Origin: Octopus bimaculoides
Taxonomy: Eukaryota
NCBI RefSeq assembly: GCF_001194135.2
Contig: NC_068995.1
Coordinates: forward strand, 39,691,573 to 39,748,188
Direction: 5' to 3'
Length of the DNA stretch: 56,616 bases
The position numbers were made by a program, and so were the translations under genes. The notes beneath the pieces were generated by a model, which did no database searches, was not told the DNA's origin, and saw nothing but the letters and a program-made list of their open reading frames with translations. Positions within the stretch are counted from its first letter, which is position 1; the number at the start of each line of letters is the position of its first letter. This document shows positions 24,631 through 37,605 of the stretch, in pieces.

Positions 24631-26599
24631 GGACGGACGGACGGACGGACGGGCGGATGGATGACACCGTCACAACAGACTTACAAGCGTAGGCGATCGT
24701 CTAAAATATGATTTTTTTAAAATGATTTATTCTTTCTTTCTTGATTTCTTTTTCTTTTTGCTATTGTATCTAAGACAAACATCCTTTGTTCACCGACCTT
24801 CTTAGTGTCAGTCAAACCGGATTGTAAGAAACATTTTTCGCTATGTAGAACGTTGCTTTAGAGATTATATCTGACAATTATATCCGACATTGAAAACAGC
24901 ACCATATTTAGGAACAGTACTACCCAGTCTGAGTTATATTGAAGATGACTAAATTATTCTTCATTCTTCACCTGTTCCTAGCGTTTATCTCGTGATGTTC
25001 TCTGGTGCTATGTAAAATCACGTAATGGTCTTTCCACCAGTTATATGAAACAAGTGAAAAACCTCTAGGAAATTCATCCAAAGTTCAACTACTTTACGGT
25101 CAAACGGCTTCAAGAAGAGGCATCTGGCGCAGATAGCAATGGTTATTCCAACTGCTGTGACGCCAGTTGATTGTCTAAAGATGTTGAATCCCTACCAAAA
25201 TCTGCTGTAGATAGAAGAGACCAGTAAAATCGGAAGCAAACAAACGTCGATACCGTCATCATTGCACAGCACATATGTTTCATATATACACATTTACATA
25301 CACATGCAACCTGTAATCATCATAAGGTGCAGCCTTATGTAACCGTTGAATCACGATATATATTAAAGATTTGAATTTTGAAATCTAAATGCAGCAAAAA
25401 GTAACGAAACTATTATTGTATAATATAGACAATTAAGCGCTTAAGCTCATAAGAAGTTGCCTAACATGTCGATTATGTCACATATTTGTGAAAGATATTG
25501 CGCATGTGATCGACAAGCGCCGAAAATGCAAATAGTACTAGCCAATATGGTTTAATACATTTTCTGAACAACTAGGCAATGCCACCAGTAGGAACCACAG
25601 TCTCGTACCAAATATAGAAAAATATTTCTGATATTCAATAGAGATGTATGTTTAAAAGGCAAGGAATATTGATAAAACGACCCCATCAACACGCCTATCA
25701 AAGCTAACATAACAGGCCTACTTTAGTTATTTGAGATGAAAGGAAAAATTTGGTCTACTTAAAGAAGTCAGATGCTTCGAGAATATAAACATTTTGGAAT
25801 ATAACATTTAAGCGCAATAACTCCGAGCACTTAAACTTCTCAATCAAGATTAGAAATTCGCATATGTACCCATCATTTATCGTGCACTTGGCTGTGCGTA
25901 AATGTCACTACAATAATTTCGACAACCTGGATATCTGAAAAACAAAACGTGGTCACAGCTAGCAGGTATCTTACAAATACGATCTCTATGCAGTAAATAA
26001 ATAAACGGCTTAAAATTTAACGTGGAAATGTTTGCCCTATTATTATGCAAGATCCTGCAGTGAGGCTTTGCTTTTTTTTCTTGGAAATGAGATCCTTCTT
26101 TATTGGAAGCATTCAAATGATTATAAAGAAACATAACATATTCAGAAACGCACATACATGCACACACTCACACGCACGCACACACACGCACACATACACA
26201 CGCACGCGCGCAACACACTGATACGTACAACTGTAAGCATGCACACAAACAAATACGGACATGGATGTATACATAAGGTCATTCATCCAACCATAAGTCC
26301 ATCTGCAAAGTCGTGCTTTACATACGTGCACACATGCATAAATACACATATATAAGCATGCATGCATGCATACATGCATGCATACATACATGCCATGCCA
26401 TACATACATACATACATGCATATATACATACATACATTCAAGCATACATACGTGCATACATATATTGGATTACATTACATTACATACATGTGCAAACATA
26501 ACAAGTACGATATCATTGTTGGAAAAGACAAGAAAAAAACAAGTGCCCAGTTGATGTGAATAACTCTTCGTAAATGAAAGAGAAAAAGGATAACCACGG

Positions 26600-26900
26600 G
26601 CAGGCAAATTATTTGAATTCTTCTACTTATTGTATTGGTCCATTTAGCCGATCCGCTGAGTTATGGATATGCATACAAAACAAAACTGTGTGTCAAGTGG
26701 TGTAGTTGGGCACAAATACAAACGCAGGATACTTATAAACATACACACACGCATACATATATACATAAGCATACGACGAGCTTCCGCGTAGTTTCCGGGT
26801 ATCTGTTCACTCGAAAGTCTTTGTTCGACACGGCCTCTAGTTGAAGACATTTTCCTATGGTACTGTGCAGGGAAGCTGAAATTGTGTGTTTGCAAAGCAT
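26600..26900 (-). mobile_element. Heavily decayed SINE family B
   Basis: TACGACGAGCTTC..AGTTTCCG..TCACTCGAAAGTCTTTG..GAAGACA; weak but colinear with family B. Confidence 0.45.
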
Positions 26901-27352
26901 GTGTATATATATATATATATATATCATTGTCACTAAATGCCTGGGGTGTTAGAAAATAGCTACATTGCTAGAAATAAGAGCTAAAATGCTCTAATGCTAT
27001 TGTCAACGCACATAAACGTAACCATATTTTCTAACAGTGACCTTCATTGTAAGTTCCGACCGAGAAATCCTTATATTGACGTCAGTTTCGGCAATTTCCG
27101 TTTGCCAGACGCCATTATAAGGAATTATCGAGCGGCACTTGGATGGAATTTACAAATATTTACAAATAAATGCGACGTTTCTACACGTCGCATGCTTCTT
27201 ACAACATAGACCGTATTCTTGGAATGATTACGGTACTGGAATTCGGACTATACTAGTAAGAAACATGAGAATTGTGGAAACGCGCGTAGTGATGCATTAA
27301 ATTATTCATAAATTGCATCCATGGATTATTATGACTATTATCATCATCATCA

Positions 27353-27389
<37 letters not shown>

Positions 27390-27390
<1 letters not shown>

Positions 27391-27908
27391 GAGTGAGAGA
27401 GCAGTGCATGCAATCAAAGTGACACTGGGGTAAAATATACGAAGCCCATTTTACCCATCATGACTACCCATCTGATAAGGGTACACCAGGCACATGCATC
27501 ACAACCATATGTGCGCAACATGGTGATCACGTATCAAAATAAACAGCGCATGACTTCTCAGGTGGGGCCCAGTTAGAATTTTCTTCAGGTCGAGTAGCCC
27601 ATCCCACTCAAAAGGTCCCTGAATAAGGTTTGTTTAAGGATGTTGAGTAAAACACCCATGTTTCCAAAGATGAATTATTCAAACCCCAAAGAATTCCCCT
27701 CAACACATGACTATGATGCTCCCCTACTACTTCTGCTCATGATCAGAGATGCACATATCGTTAGCCACCAAGGGACATGCTCAACTGGTTAAGGTCAAAC
27801 AACTGACAAGCAAATCTATGGTATTAAGCAGAATATTTGCTGTAGCCCATGTTTTTATACCAAGACAAAACAACGTACATGATAACACTTCCAATCAATT
27901 AAGATCAT
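27390..27908 (-). mobile_element. 3' UTR of an unclassified non-LTR retrotransposon with (TAA)n tail
   Basis: About 520-bp complex block, more GC-rich than its flanks, whose minus strand ends ..GCACTGCTCTCTCACTC followed by (AAT)n (27340-27390); ATTATTATC-like sequence on both flanks. Confidence 0.6.
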
Positions 27909-28613
27909 TATTATCCTACATAATGTCTGCAGAGCTTGGTGGTACCATGAAAAACTGCTACTTCAAGTTGCTATCATTTGGCTGTAGCCGGCATAATAAA
28001 ATAGAAACTTTTATATGCATATTCATAAACGTTTTCCGTAAACAAACTCAAAGGAGATATATATATCTTATATGTAATTGTATGTGTGGATATATTTGCA
28101 CACATTATATGATTGCGCATATCTCTCTCCTTTACACGGGAAAAAAATCGCCAGTCATTGCAAATTCACTCAAAATAAGACAGCAGATATAAACGTCTTT
28201 CTTAAAGCTTCTGAGAAATAAAGCATTTATGGTGAACTACTGTGAAATCTATGCCAAAGTTTTAGCGGAGAACACGTAAACGGACTGAAAAATGCAAACA
28301 ATCTTTCGCTGACGCGTTGACATTTTCTCGGCACTTTGCCTTTAATTTATTGTCTGCGTCAAAATTCTGAGATTCTGTCTAAAAGATCAGAAATAATTAT
28401 GATTAATTCACAGTTTCAGATTCTTCCCATCAATAACAGGGCAAAGATTTGCAAAACATTTTTGATATATAAACATTTACTTAGTGCATATTGCATATAC
28501 GCAATCACACAACACCCATCTCTATGTGTGTATGTGTCCGCGTACCTGTATGTGTTATATGTGTGTGTGTGTACCTGTGTTCATGTGTGTGCGTGTGTGT
28601 TCATGTGTGTGCG

Positions 28614-28810
28614 AAGGTGCATGGCTTAGTGGTCACGGTGTTGCATTCACGATTGGGAGATGGTGAGTTCGGTTCCCAGATCGGGCGTTGCTCTGCGATC
28701 ATCTGGTCATCTGACATGCGGCGCACGGTGCACCTGCACAGGTAATATCAATCTGATGGAGAGAATGAGCTTACGTGTACACAAACATTTGATCATTATA
28801 AACAAATCCT
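28614..28810 (+). mobile_element. tRNA-derived SINE
   Basis: A-box TGGCTTAGTGG and B-box-like GTTCGGTTCC; GGGCGTTG block shared with the family A head. Confidence 0.65.
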
Positions 28811-29475
28811 CATACGTCGTCTAACGGCAGGAGAGTCCATGATATATATATATGTATGTATATATANNNNNNNNNNNNNNNNNNNNNNNNNNNNNNNNNN
28901 NNNNNNNNNNNNNNNNNNNNNNNNNNNNNNNNNNNNNNNNNNNNNNNNNNNNNNNNNNNNNNNNNNNNNNNNNNNNNNNNNNNNNNNNNNNNNNNNNNNN
29001 NNNNNNNNNNNNNNNNNNNNNNNNNNNNNNNNNNNNNNNNNNNNNNNNNNNNNNNNNNNNNNNNNNNNNNNNNNNNNNNNNNNNNNNNNNNNNNNNNNNN
29101 NNNNNNNNNNNNNNNNNNNNNNNNNNNNNNNNNNNNNNNNNNNNNNNNNNNNNNNNNNNNNNNNNNNNNNNNNNNNNNNNNNNNNNNNNNNNNNNNNNNN
29201 NNNNNNNNNNNNNNNNNNNNNNNNNNNNNNNNNNNNNNNNNNNNNNNNNNNNNNNNNNNNNNNNNNNNNNNNNNNNNNNNNNNNNNNNNNNNNNNNNNNN
29301 NNNNNNNNNNNNNNNNNNNNNNNNTAAATGTCCACATAGTACAAGGAGCGAAGATGAAGACAAAATAGCTCCTTGTAATATGTGGACATTTATTGTGGTT
29401 TTAGAGTCAGAATTTAACTGCTATTTTTCAGCGTGGCGGTATCTCTTAGATACCCTGTATTATAATTATATATAC

Positions 29476-29546
<71 letters not shown>

Positions 29547-29753
29547 TATGTATGTATGTCTGAGGGTGGTTTAGTATAGAAATATAAGCGATTGTATGGA
29601 TTGCTGCGCTTACGCGAACACTATGGATTTCTCTACTCCCTTACTTTTACCCTCTCCCCTTACTTAGTGGTCTATAGCACTTTTGTCTTAATAACGGTCA
29701 ACCACACAGTAATTTCCCTTTGTTTAACAGTCATTTTTCACAGGAATTTTCAA

Positions 29754-29827
29754 TGGCCGGATAACTGAAGAGATGTTGGCGTGGGCTTCCACCCCGGCAT
29801 CCGAAACTCGGAGTTTTATCATGGCTA
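29754..29827 (+). ncRNA. Type I hammerhead ribozyme motif, probably in a Penelope-like/retrozyme terminal repeat (~29575-29850)
   Basis: Stem I TGGCCGGATAA/TTATC(A)TGGCTA; core CTGAAGA (29765-29771); stem II GATGTTGG/CCGGCATC plus GTGG/CCAC; extra C; GAAA (29803-29806); stem III ACTC-G-GAGT; cleavage triplet GTT. Confidence 0.75.
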
Positions 29828-30362
29828 CCGAATAAGTGTCACATATTTTTACAGATAAATTCCTCTATTTACATAATATCGACGTCTCTTTCTTTCTTGT
29901 GTTTTCCTTCCTATCAATATATATATATATACAGAGAGAGACTGAGAGCGAGAGAGGCTGCGAGTCACACAAGAGTCACACGATTCACGATGAATTATAA
30001 ACATATCAAAGACATACATCTCTGCTTTTTCTCTGATAAGAAAGTCAATAAGTTTTACTAAGCGACATGCATACATTCAATACAAACAGTGATTTCTGTG
30101 AGAGATACGTGTCCAAGCGTTATGGAAAAAGTGTATATTCGATTACATCTGTACATATCCTCCAGTATTTGATTGGTGCTTTATTTTATCGATTTCAGTA
30201 ATGTTGAAAGTAAAGTCGGTCATGTGAGTGGGGGGGGGGCACAGAGGTAAAAGAGTAAATTAGGGATCCATAGTTGTATTTTAAAGGTCCATCAAAAATT
30301 GTGATTTAGATGTGTCTACTGCAAGAAACAGCTTGTTTTTTTTTTTCTCTAACAATATTCAT

Positions 30363-30910
30363 ATAGGCGCAGGAGCGGCTGTGTGGTAAGTAGCTTGCTT
30401 ACCAACCACATAGTTCCNNNNNNNNNNNNNNNNNNNNNNNNNNNNNNNNNNNNNNNNNNNNNNNNNNNNNNNNNNNNNNNNNNNNNNNNNNNNNNNNNNN
30501 NNNNNNNNNNNNNNNNNNNNNNNNNNNNNNNNNNNNNNNNNNNNNNNNNNNNNNNNNNNNNNNNNNNNNNNNNNNNNNNNNNNNNNNNNNNNNNNNNNNN
30601 NNNNNNNNNNNNNNNNNNNNNNNNNNNNNNNNNNNNNNNNNNNNNNNNNNNNNNNNNNNNNNNNNNNNNNNNNTATATATATATATATATATATATGAAT
30701 GTTTGTGTGTCTGTGTTTGTCGCCCCAACATCGCTTGACAACCGATGCTGTTGTTTACGTCCCCGTAACTTAGCAGTTCGGCAAAAGACTGATAGAATAC
30801 GTACTAGGATTACAAACAATAAGACGTGGGGGCGATTTGCTCGACTAAAAAGGCGGTGTTCCAGCATGGCCGCAGTCAAATGACTGAAACAAGTAAAAGA
30901 GTAAAAGAGT
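30363..30910 (+). mobile_element. Young SINE family B copy, full length across an N gap, (TAAAAGAG)n tail
   Basis: ATAGGCGCAGGAGCGGCTGTGTGGTAAGTAGCTTGCTTACCAACCAC ... GCAGTCAAATGACTGAAACAAGTAAAAGAGTAAAAGAGT. Confidence 0.9.
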
Positions 30911-30911
30911 A

Positions 30912-31067
30912 ATTCAGCTTACAGAAACGAAAGGGTGAGAAACAATAAGGGAAATTTGAAAGAAATATCTATAAAACCAGTATTTAAACATCGAATGGCC
31001 TTGGGAGTCACGTGAGGAAAATAGTAACGAAAGGAGTCCATGGTTTAACAATGGTTAAGAAACTCTG
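30912..31067. mobile_element. Possible hAT-like MITE right end, perhaps split by the SINE at 30363
   Basis: Ends GGAGTCCATGG..GGTTAAGAAACTCTG, resembling hAT GGTTGAGAACCCCTG ends. GGATCCAT/GGTCCAT pieces at 30263-30292; left TIR not found. Confidence 0.3.
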
Positions 31068-31663
31068 ATCCAGAGGCTCCTGTCATCATCATCATCATCA
31101 TCATCCATATGATTGAGACCATAACCGTTACAGACCGAAGGTGCATAATATATATGTGTAAGTGAACAGTTTTGGCCGTCATTTCCGACAATGCTGTCGT
31201 CTGACAGCGAGCTGAGTTGATTCGCTGACCGTTTGACAGACCGACTGTCTGACTTGCCTGTCTACCAGTTTGCTTACTGTTCGTCTGATTACCTGATTGA
31301 CTGATTGCATGATTGCCTGATTGCTTACTTGCCTGGCAAGCTGCCTACTTGCCTGCCTTCTTGTGTGCCTACCTGCCTATTTGCCAACCTAGCGGTCTCT
31401 CTCGTTCTAAAGTCTCTCTGACGACCGACCCTCACCTGTCAAGCCATTTACTTCCTACCAGCAGCCTACACCTTCCAGTTACCGCTAGATGTCGGCATTA
31501 GTCAGGTTTCAAATGTATACAGAAGAAGATCTGAATGAAACTTGCCAGCAAATATATTGACGTATTGATGATATTTTGTTTACTTTCCAGTAAGAGGTAA
31601 CTAGGTTGTATATAAAAGACTTTATATATATGTGCGTGTGTATGTGAATGTGTGTATGTACAT

Positions 31664-31703
<40 letters not shown>

Positions 31704-31746
31704 GAAACCAAAGTGTACATACGCTGCTATATTTTATATATAAAAA

Positions 31747-31919
31747 ATACAAAAATGGAACACGAAGGCAAAACATCCAGACGGTTAGGTGATACAAAAA
31801 AGGGACAAGACATCCGACCCATCATTGTTTTCTTTGTATCGTCTGTCTGTATGTTTTGCTGTCCCATTTTGTATCACCTAACTGTCTGGATGTTTTACGT
31901 TCTTGTCCCATTATTGTAT
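31747..31919. repeat. Foldback element with ~70-bp arms and a 30-bp core with 1 mismatch, flanked by AT-rich/(TA)n
   Basis: AAAACATCCAGACGGTTAGGTGATACAAAA (31770-31799) vs TTTTGTATCACCTAACTGTCTGGATGTTTT (31867-31896). Confidence 0.85.
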
Positions 31920-32535
31920 GATATATATATATATATATATNNNNNNNNNNNNNNNNNNNNNNNNNNNNNNNNNNNNNNNNNNNNNNNNNNNNNNNNNNNN
32001 NNNNNNNNNNNNNNNNNNNNNNNNNNNNNNNNNNNNNNNNNNNNNNNNNNNNNNNNNNNNNNNNNNNNNNNNNNNNNNNNNNNNNNNNNNNNNNNNNNNN
32101 NNNNNNNNNNNNNNNNNNNNNNNNNNNNNNNNNNNNNNNNNNNNNNNNNNNNNNNNNNNNNNNNNNNNNNNNNNNNNNNNNNNNNNNNNNNNNNNNNNNN
32201 NNNNNNNNNNNNNNNNNNNNNNNNNNNNNNNNNNNNNNNNNNNNNNNNNNNNNNNNNNNNNNNNNNNNNNNNNNNNNNNNNNNNNNNNNNNNNNNNNNNN
32301 NNNNNNNNNNNNNNNNNNNNNNNNNNNNNNNNNNNNNNNNNNNNNNNNNNNNNNNNNNNNNNNNNNNNNNNNNNNNNNNNNNNNNNNNNNNNNNNNNNNN
32401 NNNNNNNNNNNNNNNNNNNNNNNNNNNNNNNNNNNNNNNNNTATATATATATATATATAATATATATAATATATATATATATATATACACATATATATAT
32501 ACACATACATATATACACACGCACAAATATACATG

Positions 32536-32580
<45 letters not shown>

Positions 32581-33078
32581 ATATATATCGATGTGTGTGC
32601 GTGTGCGCATGTGTGTGTATGTGTGTCTATGTTTATATGAATGTATTATGTTCGTGTGTATGTCAAATTGTCCACATTATAATGACTTTGATTATACAGT
32701 CATGCAAGTGTGAGTGGAAATAAGTGCACGTGTGTTTATTGTTAATGTAGGTGAATGTCACGATATTATATATCAATAAATCCAAGCTGGCAAGGTCGCT
32801 ATGACCTTTTGACATTTCTGCTTGGTGCCAAATAAGTTCTTGACTAAAAATACTCTGGAGGAATTTAATACTTCCTTTATGCTTTTCACACAACAGACAT
32901 ACAAATACACACATAGGAATACACACACACACACAAATTCACTCAGACTCACATGCATGCATGTCTGCACATATATGCGCTTATATTATGCATGTATATA
33001 TATATATATATATACTACATACATATATATAGAGAGATAGAGAAAAAGAGAGACAGACAGACAGACAGACAGACAGGC

Positions 33079-33117
<39 letters not shown>

Positions 33118-33308
33118 GATAGGTATAGATATAGATATGCATACATACATACAAACATACATACATACAATCATACATACATACTTATACGTGCATACAT
33201 ATATACATATGTGCGTAATTAACTGGTCGTGAAGTACATAGATAAGTAGACAGACAGACAGATAGACAGACAGACAGACACATAGATAGATAGATCGATC
33301 GATCGATC

Positions 33309-33385
<77 letters not shown>

Positions 33386-33933
33386 GTGATTAGCTAAATT
33401 ATAAACAGACCTCCCTTCAAATTACTAGACGAACTTGGTATGAGATGGGGTAAGACTTATTAAGATTTTACAGTTGCTAAAAATAACAGCCCATTGTTCT
33501 TCAAATCATGCAGCACCTCTTTTAAAAAACACCTTGATATACAAGGCTACGGAACTGTCATATTTAGTACGATAACTATTTTTCTCGGTCACTGCCTACC
33601 TGAAACAGCTACGCAAAGAAATTATAGATGTGAAGACAAACCTCGATCAATCGACAGATTTTAATCGAATGTTCGATTAATAGTTAGATAGACGGAGATA
33701 CCGCGTAAGTAAGTATGTGAGGAAGAGAGGAGAAATACTTCTTATACTTCTTTTCATTCAGTGATACACGAATGTTATCTGATATACGCAGGTACGTCTA
33801 TGAAACGAAGTTTCTCTTACGTTTTGTATAACATTCGATCTGCATTTCTTTTTACTGTAGCTGAGAAAGACAAATGTACGCTTAATGAAGCGAATCCTGT
33901 ATCATAACTGCAAAGCGATCGAGGAAACTACTT

Positions 33934-33964
<31 letters not shown>

Positions 33965-34120
33965 AAGCTTTCTGTCTCACATTTATTTCTATCTCCTGTG
34001 ATTATGATGTCATGAATGAAAACCGCTCATTTCGCTCAGCTTGGACTATGATATTCAGTGAGCCTTTATTTCATGATGCTTCTGTATTTCCCCCACCAAC
34101 ACACACAATTTTTCTCATCA

Positions 34121-34296
34121 CATAGTCGCAGGTATGGCTGTATGGTTGAGAAGTTGTCTTTTCAAACACTTGATTTCAGGTTCAGGCTCAGTGCGTGGTA
34201 TTTTGTGCAAGTGTCTTCTGCAATAGCCTCGGGCCGATTAATGCCACGTGTGTAAATTTGTTTAATGGAAACTTTGGAAGCCTATTGCATATATAA

Positions 34297-34378
<82 letters not shown>

Positions 34379-34439
34379 TGTATATGTATATATGTATGCA
34401 TACATATGAACATACATATATGCATATATCTATCTATCA

Positions 34440-34500
<61 letters not shown>

Positions 34501-34797
34501 TACACACACACACACACGTACATATACACATGTATGTATGTAGTTTACTGTCCTGTTATAGATAGGATCGATAAATGAGCACTCCATCGAGTGAGGTGTA
34601 TGCATATATGTATGCGTGCTTGTGTTTGTACCGCCCCCACCCCACCGATTGACAACTGTGTCGGTTTGTTCACGTCTTCGTAACATAGTGAAAGAAGAGA
34701 CCAACAGAATAAGTTTGTTCGACTAAAAACAAGAAAGAATACCCATCAAGATGATAGCCCAGTATGGCCGCAGCCCACTGAATATAACAACTGAAAG
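34121..34797 (+). mobile_element. SINE family B with greatly expanded internal microsatellite region
   Basis: Head 34121-34290 (TGGCTGTATGG..GCAAGTGTCTTCT..TAGCCTCGGGCCGA); 3' part 34610-34797 (TTGACAAC..GTATGGCCGCAG). Confidence 0.7.
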
Positions 34798-35342
34798 GTT
34801 CTTGTCGTGAGATGATAAGATCTGAAGGACTTTTGGTTATTGTTTCTAGCAAAAGACTAACCACTTGTAATTCACTTTATATAACGTAGATTAAACTCCA
34901 CCTACTGATGCTATGCGATGACACCATTTGTGATATAAAAAAGTAATGAAATTTTTTTGTAACACATTGACTAAGAGTACAAAATTACTTAAAGTAAGAA
35001 AATGCAAAACAGTCAGAAACCAGTCAGAAATATTATTTTCCTTCTAATGTAGGCTTCTGTCTCCATATTCATCACTCTTTGATGATTTTCTTATCTTCTT
35101 TATAACATTTATTCTACTTTCTCTCTCTTTAACCTGTAGCATTTCTCTAGTTTATTTTCATTTTCTTTTTCATTTTTTAGTAAATGTTTGGGGGAATGTT
35201 TGTGTGTGTTTTGTTTTGAATTGGTTGTGATTTTTTTAGTTGATTTCGTTTTGCCTGTTTAATTTTTTTTCCATTATGCGTATCGTTTCACTTCAAGTCT
35301 GTTTTGTTGTTTTGTTTTAATATCAATGGAAATAAAAAATGA

Positions 35343-35380
<38 letters not shown>

Positions 35381-36667
35381 CAACAATAGTAATAATAAAA
35401 TGCTAAGATAGGAAATAAGACAGAGAACTTTCTATCAAGTGAAGCGACTAAAACAAAATGAAGGAAGAAAGTAATAAATAGTGGTAAACGAAGTGTAGGA
35501 AATTAAGTTCCCACTGGCACGAAGAAATGTTGGCGTGTAAATTGAAGAAGAAAAACATCAAATGCATTCGAAAATTTTATCAGTTAAAATCACACACACA
35601 CTTAAACCCCACAGATATGCGCGTGCGCGCACTTACATGGATACACACACTCACACGTATAGACATATATATATATATATACACACACACAAAACAGAAA
35701 AAAAACTGTGTAGAAGAAAATATATAGAAGAAAATATGAGAGAGAGTAATTCAGAGCTTTAAATGTCTTCTATAAAGTATACAGTAACGTTGTATAGTGA
35801 CTTGTGCGAAACAAAATATATCTGTCACCAGTAGATTTAACGCCTTGATGTATAAATAAATCAACTGGAGTTTGGCGACGAAGTGGAATCTACTTTTCTA
35901 CGCAGCCTTTTGAACCCCCTAAACCCACATTTTTTTTTAACTCACTCTTTCTCTTTCCATCTCTATCAGTCACTCCTCCTTTTTCCTTTTCCACTCTCTC
36001 TTTCTCTCCCCATCTCTATCCTTCTCTCTCTCATAATTTTTTGCTGTTTATTTCTACGACTGCTTACAGTTTTTATATAAAACCATTCATTTGAGACTTA
36101 TCCTTAAATAATCTGGCGTTAAAAATCCCTAGAGAGAATGTAGTGGGGGAGGGGGTGACAGCTGTAGTGTTCCTTCGCAATTAGAAGTTGACGAGGTCTA
36201 ATTAGAAGCTGACGAGACGTTAATGTGACAGATGTTTTTTGAAATTTTCTTTTAACCTAGCGAATGATAAATACTAGACATCAATAGGTTCTATTCAATC
36301 AGACCAGAGATGAGATAGTCTTGACATCCAATCAGATAAGATCTGCTCAAGTTAAAATATTGATACATTGTTTTCAATACAGCTCAGTGTTGATAGAGGG
36401 CTTATCACTAAACTCATTTGATGTCTAAATTGGTTCATTAACTTTCTCAGGTGTGCTTTTTGTCACTAATCCATCAAAAAATCATCAATTTTTTTTTTAA
36501 ACGTACATATAGCTCTGTTTTTGTTTCAAAATATATAGTTCTGTTTAGCAATGAAATTCGGAGTGACAACCCCTCCGAAAGTTCTTATTTGACATTGGCA
36601 TCAACTGAATGCAATTTTATAACTTTTAAAAATATATTGATAAAGCTACGGAGATAATATAGAAATA

Positions 36668-37380
36668 CCTTGAGTATGTGCTATGGTTTGTTGTGATGCT
36701 TTTATTTCACTGTATTGAAAGTGTTTTTTCATATGTTATGTGCGGTGCCTAGTAGTGCCATTTTCTCTATGATTTATATACTTGTTAGTCCTGGTGTCTT
36801 TGTTACGTATTTGTCTGAATATTTTTTTATCATACCTAATACACCCACTATGATAGGAATTGTTTCTGTTTTTAGACTCCACATTCGAGTTACCTTTATT
36901 TCCAGATCCTTGTATTTTGAAAGTTTCTCCGTTTCTTTTAGGGAAACATTGTCATCGATTAGAAGGCGTGTTTTATTTTTATGATCTCTGACAACTATAT
37001 CCGGCCTATTGGCCTTAATTTCTCTATCTGTGTGTATTGGCATATCCCATAGCATGGCTGCTTTCTCATTTTCTGTGACCTTTTCTGGTGTGTGCCTATA
37101 CCATCTTTTTTCTTTTGTTATTCCTTAGTTCTGGCATAGCATCCAGTGTATATAGATTCCAATTCTGTTATGTCTGTGAATATATTCCTTATTCATTATA
37201 TGATTTTGGTAATTTCTGGTGAGAAGGCTTTGATCTTGTGCTGCAATTATAAATCCTTCAATCGATGATTTGAGTCCTGAGCTTCTCAGCCATTGTTGGG
37301 ATTTTGCTTTATTTCTTTCTTTTCTGCTTAGTTTATCTCATTATTTGCCATGAATCGGCCTTTCTTGTCATCGTTTTATC
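36668..37380 (-). pseudogene. R4/Dong-clade non-LTR retrotransposon fragment (post-RT region plus RLE endonuclease) abutting (TAA)n
   Basis: One frame, 37319 to 36774, with one stop: QQWLRSSGLKSSIEGFIIAAQDQSLLTRNYQ..KEYIHRHNRIG..KRWYRHTPEKVTENEKAAMLWDMPIHTDREIKANRPDIVV..LID..KETEKLSKYKDLEIKVTRMWSLKTETIPIIVGVLG (PD..D..K nuclease motif). Confidence 0.85.
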
Positions 37381-37430
<50 letters not shown>

Positions 37431-37432
<2 letters not shown>

Positions 37433-37605
37433 GGCAGCGAGCTGGTAAAATCGTTAGCACGCTGGACGACATGCTTAGCGGTATTTCACCCGCCGCTACG
37501 TTCTCAGTTCAAATTACGCCGAGGTCGATAAATTAAGTCCCAGTCAAACACTAGAGTTGATGTAATCGACTTAACCCCTCCCCAAAACTTCAGGACTTGT
37601 GCCTA
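37431..37605 (+). mobile_element. SINE family C with internal deletion
   Basis: AAGGCAGCGAGCTGGTAAAATCGTTAGCACG..GTTCAAATT..GATGTAATCGACTTAACCCCTCCCC..CTTGTGCCTA. Confidence 0.85.
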
